From a bacterium (lineage in GTDB: Bacteria > Verrucomicrobiota > Verrucomicrobiia > Chthoniobacterales > JAFAMB01): DNA of 64,000 nucleotides. The notes under the pieces are model-generated. The model had not been told where the DNA came from. It made no database searches and saw only the letters and a program-made list of their open reading frames with translations. Made by a program: the position numbers and the translations under genes. This document shows, one piece after another, positions 54,642 through 64,000 of this stretch. Numbering within the stretch: position 1 is the first letter of the stretch; the number at the start of each line of letters is the position of its first letter. The stretch lies in assembly GCA_046727495.1 (NCBI GenBank), contig JBKPCS010000094.1:16029-80028 (forward strand), written 5' to 3'.

Positions 54642-56087
54642 TCAGTTGCCGGCGATGTCGGTGATGTCGCGCGACGCCGGCATGGTTTGTAATGCCGGCG
54701 CTAACTCCTCAGCCGGATAGGTCCAGATCTCGCTCAGTGTCGGGTGGTAATGCGGAATCGCAGCCAACGTAGCAGCAGTCGCGCGGAAATGCATGGCCAC
54801 AGAGATTTCGTGAATCAGCTCAGCGCCTTCCGGTCCAACGACTGCGCCACCGACGATTTCTCCGGTTGCGGCCTCCACGATCAGTTTAACGAAACCATCG
54901 ATCTCACCGCGGAGCATCGATTTGCCATGATCAGCGAATCGGTATTTAGCCACCCGGACATTTACGCCAAGGTCAGCAGCTTCTTTCTTGGTCAACCCGA
55001 CCATTGCTATTTGCGGTTCACAGAAAACGCAGAACAGTTTCAGCCGGTAGTCGATTTGCTCCAGCGGTTCTCCCTTCAAAAGGCGCGCTGCGTTTCTGGC
55101 TGCAACACCGGCTTGTTGAATCGCAATGTGGACTACCTCATGCATACCGGCAGCATCACCCGCAGTAAAAATATGGGGTTGCGATGTTTGCATCGCTCCA
55201 TTGCTCTGAATCGGGCAGGTATCCGTTCCTTTCACGCCAGCTGCTTCAAGATTTAGCCCATCGACTAACGCCTGCCTTCCCAGCGCGTAAAAGACTTCTT
55301 CTGCTTCGACAAAGTTCTCTCGATTGCCCTTTTCAAACAGAACTCGCTTTGCACTTCCGCTCCATTCTGCACGCAGCAGTTTCGTCCCGCATATCACGTC
55401 GATCCCTCGATGCCGCAGCGCGGAGACGGCAGCCTCGGCAACGTCATCATCTGCCACTTTCAGAACTTGCGGGCTTCGCTGCAAAATCGTCACTTTTGCA
55501 CCAAGCGCCTCATAGAAATGTGCAAACTCGAGCGCGACAGCGCCTCCTCCCAACAAAATGACCGATTTGGGAATACGCTTCGAATCGAGAGCAATGTCGC
55601 TATGGAGAAAGCCAATTTCATGTAGACCCGGCAAATCGACCTTATTAATAGAGGAGCCTGTCGCGATCACAGCCGTCTTAGCCCTAACCATCCGCTCGCC
55701 TCCGGCTACCATACGAACGCGCAGTGTGTTCGGATCGATGAATTGGGCGAGGCCGCGTTCAAAGTCGAACTCGCCTTTCCACAGTTGGTGCGCACGATAA
55801 TCGGCAAACTCACCAATCAGGCGACGCTTTCTCAAGATGATCGCTTCGGAGTCGTATCCTAGATGTCCGGCGCTAAGGCCAAATTCCTCGGCTCGACGCA
55901 AAGTAAGAAACCGGTTCGCGGATTCAATCAGGGTCTTGCTCGGCATACAGCCGCGCAGAATGCAGAGACCGCCAATTTCGTTTCCGCCGTCGATGCAGAG
56001 TGTTTTCAGCCCAAGACCAGCCGCTGTGGAAGCGGCCGCATAGCCGGCACTTCCACCGCCAATGACCACGAAATCATAGGTATCCAT
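54642..56087 (-). CDS. FAD-dependent pyridine nucleotide-disulfide oxidoreductase (dihydrolipoyl dehydrogenase / mercuric reductase-like family)
   Basis: Contains YDFVVIGGGSAGYAAA, the redox disulfide GGLCILRGCMPSK, and the C-terminal dimerisation motif HPTLSE. Start chosen at ATG 56087; the ORF opens at 56123. Confidence 0.85.
   Translation of the reverse strand: MDTYDFVVIGGGSAGYAAASTAAGLGLKTLCIDGGNEIGGLCILRGCMPSKTLIESANRFLTLRRAEEFGLSAGHLGYDSEAIILRKRRLIGEFADYRAHQLWKGEFDFERGLAQFIDPNTLRVRMVAGGERMVRAKTAVIATGSSINKVDLPGLHEIGFLHSDIALDSKRIPKSVILLGGGAVALEFAHFYEALGAKVTILQRSPQVLKVADDDVAEAAVSALRHRGIDVICGTKLLRAEWSGSAKRVLFEKGNRENFVEAEEVFYALGRQALVDGLNLEAAGVKGTDTCPIQSNGAMQTSQPHIFTAGDAAGMHEVVHIAIQQAGVAARNAARLLKGEPLEQIDYRLKLFCVFCEPQIAMVGLTKKEAADLGVNVRVAKYRFADHGKSMLRGEIDGFVKLIVEAATGEIVGGAVVGPEGAELIHEISVAMHFRATAATLAAIPHYHPTLSEIWTYPAEELAPALQTMPASRDITDIAGN
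54645..54680 (-). repeat. nonamer repeats (GACATCACC GACATCGCC on the coding strand) forming the last codons of the oxidoreductase
   Basis: The plus strand reads ggcgatgtc ggtgatgtc gcgcgacgc. This encodes ...SRDITDIAGN-stop and is related to 30513-30557 and 49069-49104. Confidence 0.5.
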
Positions 56088-56164
56088 CTCGGAAATAGAC
56101 TTCAGGACGAGACTTCCCCGCAACCGAATCTTTATTGGCGTGTGTCCGGTCGAACTAGAAGCTC

Positions 56165-56238
56165 ACACCCATCCGGCTTGGCTGGACTGGAAGCTTCAGC
56201 GAATCCTCCGGATTAACCCGCCATTGGCGGATTGATCT
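56165..56238 (-). repeat. dispersed repeat family C, copy 3 (inverted)
   Basis: The reverse complement gatcaatccgccaatggcgggttaatccggaggattcgctgaagcttccagtccagccaagccggatgggt matches the core of copies 1 and 2. Confidence 0.65.
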
Positions 56239-56410
56239 ACTAAAATCGACCCTCTCCGTCTTAAGCTAACGCGCATAGCCACGACCCGCATAAAGCTTGA
56301 GTCACCGATGATGCGGCTCCTGTTCACATGCATCTCGATTAACCTCAAAATTCCCCAATCTATGGGACCCACCCCCCTCTGAACCACAACATCTAGTATA
56401 CCTTAGTTGC

Positions 56411-56439
56411 TTGCAAAATCCTCCTAAACAGCCTAAAAT
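56411..56439 (+). promoter_or_regulatory. putative gyrB promoter
   Basis: TTGCAA (56411-56416), a 17-nt spacer, then TAAAAT (56434-56439), about 60 nt upstream of the gyrB ATG. Based on sequence pattern only. Confidence 0.3.
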
Positions 56440-56457
56440 GATGCCCTAGTTCAGTAG

Positions 56458-59080
<2,623 letters not shown>

Positions 59081-59082
<2 letters not shown>

Positions 59083-59148
59083 CGTTTGGCGTTTCGCGTT
59101 TCGCGAAGAGAAGAACCCAGGAGCGCTAAACGCGAAACGCCAAACGCT
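59081..59148 (+). terminator. 25-bp-stem hairpin of GCGTTTN heptamers between gyrB and gyrA (terminator/attenuator-like)
   Basis: agcgtttggcgtttcgcgtttcgcg, an 18-nt loop, then cgctaaacgcgaaacgccaaacgct, with 24 of 25 positions complementary. It starts inside the gyrB TAG, is followed by ttt, and ends 5 nt before the gyrA ATG. Confidence 0.5.
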
Positions 59149-59153
59149 TTTCC

Positions 59154-61748
59154 ATGCCAAATAATCCTAACGAAAAAGTCGAACCGGTAGATGTTGCCGA
59201 CGAGATGTCCAAGTCGTTCTTGGACTATTCGATGTCGGTGATCATCTCTCGTGCGTTGCCGGACGCGCGCGACGGGCTCAAGCCATCTCAGCGCCGAATT
59301 CTCTATTCGATGAATGGCCTTGGCGTGTTGCCCAATCGCAAACACAGCAAGTGCGCCAAGATCGTCGGAGAAACGATGGGTAACTACCATCCGCACGGAG
59401 ACATGGCCATCTATCCGACCCTGGTCCATATGGCGCAGCCTTGGGCCATGCGGGAGCGCCTGGTCGATGGCCAGGGCAATTTCGGTTCAATGGATGGCGA
59501 TCCCCCGGCTTCCATGCGGTATACCGAGGCACGGCTGAGTCATCTCGGGGCCGTGCTGATGGAGGACATGGAGCAGGATACCGTTGATTTTGTTCCAAAT
59601 TATGACGAAACCACGGAAGAGCCGGTCGTTTTTCCTGCAGCATTCCCAAACCTGATCGTAAATGGCGGAACAGGGATCGCAGTCGGAATGGCCACCAATA
59701 TTCCGCCTCACAATCTGGGCGAAGTAGTCGACGCAATCTGCGCGCTTATCGATGATCCGGACATTTCGGTCGATGGATTGCTCCAGTACATAAAAGGACC
59801 AGATTTCCCGACCGGATGTACCATCTACGGAACCAGCGGGATCAGACAATACTTTGAAACCGGGCGCGGCAGCCTGAAAGTAAGAGGAAAAACGACGATT
59901 GAAGAAGCGCGGGCTGGAAAAGAACAGATCGTCATTTCGGAAATACCTTACAACGTCAATCGTGCGGAGCTGATCAAACGTATCGCTGGTCTGATTCAGG
60001 AAAAGGTCATCACCGATATCAGCGATATCCGGGACCTCTCGGCTGAAAATACGCGCATCGAGCTGGAGCTGAAGCGGGACGCAAATGCGCAAGTCGTGCT
60101 GAACAATTTACACAAGCACACCGCGATGGAGAGCTCGTTTGCGGTGAACATGCTGGCGATCGATCACGGCCGGCCGAAGTTGCTTTCGCTCAAGGAAGCG
60201 CTCCTCTGCTACGTCGAACACCGCCGTGACGTCGTGCTCCGGCGTACGCGTTATCAACTGCGTCAGGCAGAAGCGAGAGCGGAAACTCTTGAGGGATATT
60301 TGCTGGCTCTCGCCAATCTCGATGATTTCATCCAAATTATTCGCGGATCGAGTGACCGTCAGGAGGCGCGAGTCAAAGTGCTCGCGTACGAATTCAGCCG
60401 CGACACGGTGGAGCAACTCGGAATCCGAATCCGCAGCGAGGCCCGTCTGGTCGATGGGCGATATGCGTTCAGCGAGCACCAGGCCGACCAGATCCTGGAT
60501 CTGCGCCTATACCAGTTGACTGGCCTGGAACGGGAGAAAATTACCGGAGAGTATGGGGAACTCCTTATCAAGATTGTCGATCTACAGGACATTCTGGATC
60601 GCGCAGATCGTGTAATGACGATCATCAAGGACGAATTACTCAAGATTAAAGACAAGTACGCGACGCCACGGATCACCGAGATTGCTTTCGATCAAGGCGA
60701 GATCGACATCGAGGATCTCATTGTTAACGAAGGCTGCATCATCACCATTACGCACGCGGGGTACATTAAACGCACAGCGGAAAGTGAGTTCCGCGCGCAA
60801 CGCCGCGGCGGGCGTGGTGTTATCGGGATGGCCACGCGCGAATCACAGATGCTTGGCGAGGAAGGAGACTTCGTTGAGCACCTGTTCACTGCGAGCACTC
60901 ATGATTCGCTGATGTTCTTTACCCAAACCGGTCGTTGTTATGTCGAAAAGGTTTACGAGATCCCAGAAATGAGCCGCGCGTCGAAAGGACGATCGATAGC
61001 AAACCTTCTCCAGTTGCGGCCGGAAGAAAAAATCGCAGCGACTCTCCGTATCGAAGCGAAGCGCAAAGAAAATGCGGCAGGCGGGCAAAGTGACGACGAG
61101 GAAGAAACCTGGAGTCCGCAACTTCACGTAATGTTCGCGGCGCGCTCAGGCATCGTCAAAAAAACCAACCTGGCGGATTTCGCCAACGTCCGAAAAGGAG
61201 GAATCATCGCAATTCAGATCGAAGCGGGCGATGAACTGATCGATGCTTTGCTGACAAATGGAATGGACGAAGTCGTCCTCATTACCAAGGAGGGCATCAG
61301 CATCCGGTTCCATGAGAGCGAGGTGCGCGACATGGGACGTAATGCCGTCGGAGTTTGGGGAATCCGGCCAGAAGGCGGAGACCAGGTGGTGGCTATCGCA
61401 AAGGTCGTCTCCGACGCTCAGCTTTTAGTCGCAGGCTCAAATGCGATAGGAAAAAGGACAGGGTTTGACGAGTATCGGGTCCAGGCGCGCGGCGGCAAAG
61501 GAATCATTACAATGAAGACCGGCGAGCGCACCGGTGAGGTTATCGGAGCCCTTACAGTCCACGATTCAGATCAATTGATGTTGATCACAAGCGGCGGCCA
61601 AATGGTTCGGATTCGCGTCAGCGAAGTTCGCGAAGCCGGTCGGAACACTATGGGTGTCCGGCTTATGGACCTGCGAGAGGGAGAAAAACTGCAGGATATT
61701 GCTCCGGTAGTTTCACAGGAAGAGGAGGTAGACGAGGTCCCGGGATAG
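59154..61748 (+). CDS. gyrA: DNA gyrase subunit A
   Basis: 864 aa with GLKPSQRRILY, YHPHGD, the active-site context ASMRYTEARL, and C-terminal beta-pinwheel repeats. Confidence 0.97.
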   Translation: MPNNPNEKVEPVDVADEMSKSFLDYSMSVIISRALPDARDGLKPSQRRILYSMNGLGVLPNRKHSKCAKIVGETMGNYHPHGDMAIYPTLVHMAQPWAMRERLVDGQGNFGSMDGDPPASMRYTEARLSHLGAVLMEDMEQDTVDFVPNYDETTEEPVVFPAAFPNLIVNGGTGIAVGMATNIPPHNLGEVVDAICALIDDPDISVDGLLQYIKGPDFPTGCTIYGTSGIRQYFETGRGSLKVRGKTTIEEARAGKEQIVISEIPYNVNRAELIKRIAGLIQEKVITDISDIRDLSAENTRIELELKRDANAQVVLNNLHKHTAMESSFAVNMLAIDHGRPKLLSLKEALLCYVEHRRDVVLRRTRYQLRQAEARAETLEGYLLALANLDDFIQIIRGSSDRQEARVKVLAYEFSRDTVEQLGIRIRSEARLVDGRYAFSEHQADQILDLRLYQLTGLEREKITGEYGELLIKIVDLQDILDRADRVMTIIKDELLKIKDKYATPRITEIAFDQGEIDIEDLIVNEGCIITITHAGYIKRTAESEFRAQRRGGRGVIGMATRESQMLGEEGDFVEHLFTASTHDSLMFFTQTGRCYVEKVYEIPEMSRASKGRSIANLLQLRPEEKIAATLRIEAKRKENAAGGQSDDEEETWSPQLHVMFAARSGIVKKTNLADFANVRKGGIIAIQIEAGDELIDALLTNGMDEVVLITKEGISIRFHESEVRDMGRNAVGVWGIRPEGGDQVVAIAKVVSDAQLLVAGSNAIGKRTGFDEYRVQARGGKGIITMKTGERTGEVIGALTVHDSDQLMLITSGGQMVRIRVSEVREAGRNTMGVRLMDLREGEKLQDIAPVVSQEEEVDEVPG

Positions 61749-62018
61749 CAGGGCCTTAAAAGGGCCGGGCTAGTCCACCGGGTTTAGGTCGCGTGAGCCG
61801 TGTCTCCGGAGCCTTGGTGAAAGTGGAAGCGCGAATTGGCCGGCGCAGCCTAAACCCATCGCGATGTTGCGAAATGCTCTACGCTTTTTCAAGGCAGCTC
61901 GCATTACGATCGACTGTTGCATTCGGCCTGAGACATTTTGTCGCAAAATTAGCTCTTTTTTTCCTCCGTTTTACGGTTGCGGGCCCCTTTTAGCTCTCTA
62001 GACTTAGGGCACTTTCTT

Positions 62019-62468
62019 ATGGGAAAGCGAAAGAGAAAAGTCTCGGTTAAACGGCTTCCGAGTCAGCGGCAACTCGAGTTTTTCCACGAGGGTGAGTACT
62101 TTGACCTGAAAGCGCTCTTCAAAAAAGTGAATGCCGAATATTTCGGCAACGCGCTCAAAGGGTACACGATCACCTGGGGCCGCAAACGGAAAGATCCCCC
62201 CAAAGAATATTTCATCTTCGGCACGATTCAGGAAGAGGACAAAGTCATTCGGATACATCCACGGTTAGATGCTCCCTTTGTTCCGACTTGGTTTCTTGAA
62301 TACGTGATCTACCACGAAATGTTGCATGCGGTTGTTCCTGAAGAGGTTGATCGCGGCGGTCGAAGGCGAATCCATACACCTGAGTTTTGTCGGCGCGAAC
62401 GGGAATTCCACTGTTACGCGCGAGCAAGGCGCTGGGAAGACGAAAATCTCGATCGATTTCTGCGGTAG
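62019..62468 (+). CDS. YgjP/DUF45-like zinc metallopeptidase-fold protein
   Basis: Contains an HEMLH motif in YVIYHEMLHAVVPE, followed by HTPEFCRREREF..ARRWEDENL, analogous to the DUF45 C-terminus. Start chosen at ATG 62019; the ORF opens at 61977. Confidence 0.6.
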   Translation: MGKRKRKVSVKRLPSQRQLEFFHEGEYFDLKALFKKVNAEYFGNALKGYTITWGRKRKDPPKEYFIFGTIQEEDKVIRIHPRLDAPFVPTWFLEYVIYHEMLHAVVPEEVDRGGRRRIHTPEFCRREREFHCYARARRWEDENLDRFLR

Positions 62469-62547
62469 ATAGCAAAATCGTCAGAGGATAGTCCTGCGCA
62501 ACCCGGACCCAACGCATACTTTCCGCTAGGTAAATCAAACGTTCCCC

Positions 62548-62880
62548 ATGAGCACCGGAATCCTAATCGTCCTGGCGACCTTTCCTGACGCAGAAGTTGC
62601 GCGCATGATCGTTGGCGAACTGGTCGACCTGAAGCTGGCTGCTTGCGGAACGATTGTGCCGGGCGCCGAGTCAGTCTACCGGTGGAAAGGAAAAGTCGAA
62701 TCGCAAGCAGAAACCCTCGCAATTCTTAAAACAACTGGTCAAACGTACCCGCTCCTGGAAACGAAACTAAAAGAGCGCCATCCCTACGAAGTTCCGGAGA
62801 CCATTGCCTTTCCAGTCAGCGACGGTCTCCCGAGTTACCTGGATTGGGTTCGAGAAAACGTTACGGCTTCCTCGGGTTGA
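62548..62880 (+). CDS. cutA: divalent-cation tolerance protein CutA
   Basis: 110 aa with LAACGTIVPGAESVYRWKGKVE...HPYEVPE. The 3' end overlaps the convergent skp gene by 20 nt. Confidence 0.88.
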   Translation: MSTGILIVLATFPDAEVARMIVGELVDLKLAACGTIVPGAESVYRWKGKVESQAETLAILKTTGQTYPLLETKLKERHPYEVPETIAFPVSDGLPSYLDWVRENVTASSG

Positions 62881-63559
62881 AATTTCCAGCCGGCTTGGTC
62901 GTTGTCGCCGGAGTATTGGTGGAGGTAGCCGGTTTTTTCTCTTTCTCGACTGCTGAAGGGCTAGCGGCAGCCGCTGCCGGTGGACGGTTCGCGTTCAGCT
63001 TGGTGATTACCGGATCACTGAAATCATAGCTATCCCGCGCGTAGAGCAAGACGTTCACCAGATTGTTCGCACTGGCTCCGGATTTATCGAAAACGACGTC
63101 ATAGTTCTGCGCCTTCACCTGATCGTTTACGACGCGCATGATTTCTTCCACAATCCCATCTCGCATCCGGCGGAACTGGTCTTGGAGCTGCTTCTCACGG
63201 GTCTGGCGAAACTCGCCGATCTCTTTCTCGAGACCTTTTGCTTCGTTGATCTTGGAATCGCGCTCCTGGCTCTTCTGATCCTTTGCGGCACCGCTCAAGT
63301 CCGGCTTATTGATCTCGTCATTCAGTTTGTTGATGGCGTCGAACGTCTTCTTGTACGAGTCCATCCGAGAATCCAGCTCATCCTTGTAAGCTTTTTCCGC
63401 TTCCTTCAATTTATCGTTGGCGTCCTTCGTCTTGTAATAGGCGTTGAAAACCTTCTGAACATCGACGGTGCCGATCTTCAGCTGAGCTTTCGCGGGTGTG
63501 GCAAAGCCGATGCTCAATGCCAATACACCGGCCAACGTTAACAATAGGGGTTTCTTCAT
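62861..63559 (-). CDS. OmpH/Skp family periplasmic chaperone with a low-complexity C-terminal tail
   Basis: Signal peptide MKKPLLLTLAGVLALSIGFATPAKA and a coiled-coil Lys/Glu/Asp-rich body starting IGTVDVQKVFNAYYKTKDA. Start chosen at ATG 63559; the ORF opens at 63577. Confidence 0.8.
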   Translation of the reverse strand: MKKPLLLTLAGVLALSIGFATPAKAQLKIGTVDVQKVFNAYYKTKDANDKLKEAEKAYKDELDSRMDSYKKTFDAINKLNDEINKPDLSGAAKDQKSQERDSKINEAKGLEKEIGEFRQTREKQLQDQFRRMRDGIVEEIMRVVNDQVKAQNYDVVFDKSGASANNLVNVLLYARDSYDFSDPVITKLNANRPPAAAAASPSAVEKEKKPATSTNTPATTTKPAGNFNPRKP

Positions 63560-63795
63560 AGGGTAACTAACTAACACTAATCATCGCAATGCGATTTGAA
63601 TGAGACCTCAAGTCAAAGGTTTCGTTCAATTTGAGCCCGATGCTAAATCGGTAAAGGCTGGAAGTAATCCGGCCGCCCCACCGAAATCGGGAACCCTAGT
63701 CTAACCGGATCGAGGCGATCGGCAAGTCGAGATCACTCGATTCTTCGAGAGCAGCGAAGCTGCGTTTCCCTCACGCAAGTCGCAATAGATATGTC

Positions 63796-64000
63796 TTACG
63801 GTTTCTTCGGATTAAGGTCGCCGGCCGGTTTCGTCGTCGTGGCAGGGGTATTGGCGCTAGCGGCCGGTTTCTTTTCTTTCTCGGTGCCGGCTGCGCTAGC
63901 CGCAGGAGCTGGTCGCTGATTCGCGTTCAACTTAGAAATCACCGGATCGCTGAAGTCGTAGTTGTCTCTCGAATAGAGCACAACGCTGACGCCGCTATTT
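63796..64000 (-). CDS. second OmpH/Skp family protein, C-terminal part (5' end outside window)
   Basis: The C-terminus LYSRDNYDFSDPVISKLNANQRPAPAASAAGTEKEKKPAASANTPATTTKPAGDLNPKKP is paralogous to that of the 62861-63559 protein. The frame is open to the window edge. Confidence 0.7.
   Translation of the reverse strand, partial: NSGVSVVLYSRDNYDFSDPVISKLNANQRPAPAASAAGTEKEKKPAASANTPATTTKPAGDLNPKKP

Noticed and set aside
61749-61976. 228-nt gyrA-downstream spacer as a candidate ncRNA
   Set aside because: Only a 9-bp inverted repeat (gggtttagg/cctaaaccc) and weak terminal symmetry were seen. There is no match to any RNA family I can recognise, so the evidence is insufficient.

Overview
Chromosomal, mostly housekeeping window from a diderm (LPS-making) bacterium. 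fusA is followed directly by rpsJ with no tuf, and many proteins carry Pro/Ala/Ser-rich low-complexity tails. Both are compatible with a PVC/Verrucomicrobiota-like organism, but taxonomy cannot be settled from this sequence alone. Content by region: (i) 1-7.3 kb: lipid A, isoprenoid and pyrimidine genes (lpxB, a Gfo/Idh/MocA oxidoreductase, lpxI, ispE, pyrF). (ii) 7.3-12.9 kb: GNAT, ohr, M48 protease, ybeY, a PgpH-like 7TM-HD protein, phoH. (iii) 14.4-18.9 kb: LPS-core genes (heptose kinase, gmhB, kdsB) and pyrG. (iv) 19.0-20.2 kb: a RES/Xre-type toxin-antitoxin pair bracketed by inverted repeats. (v) 21-30.5 kb: mixed genes (hemL, SDR, GH75-like lipoprotein, Rrf2, HtrA, serine hydrolase, yjbQ, metallophosphoesterase, DUF1697). 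(vi) 31.2-48.4 kb, minus strand: a 30-gene str-S10-spc-alpha ribosomal superoperon (rpsL to rpsD, including secY, adk, map, infA and an rpmJ missing from the ORF track). It lacks rpsN, rpmD, tuf and rpoA-rplQ at their usual positions. (vii) 48.6-64 kb: RNase P RNA (rnpB), phhB, cysK, a bactofilin operon with a triple zinc-ribbon bactofilin, a flavoprotein disulfide reductase, gyrB-gyrA, cutA and two tandem skp paralogs. I recognised no rRNA, tRNA, CRISPR array, integrase or transposase, and no convincing novel multi-gene defence system. The most unusual property is non-coding. Many of the larger intergenic spacers carry structured repeats: hairpins whose arms are short tandem arrays, several REP/MITE-like dispersed families, and long inverted repeats. 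These often start on or overlap stop codons, one copy sits inside the S10 operon, and an inverted pair brackets the toxin-antitoxin module. All coordinates and identities come from manual reading and alignment; no searches or computations were run.
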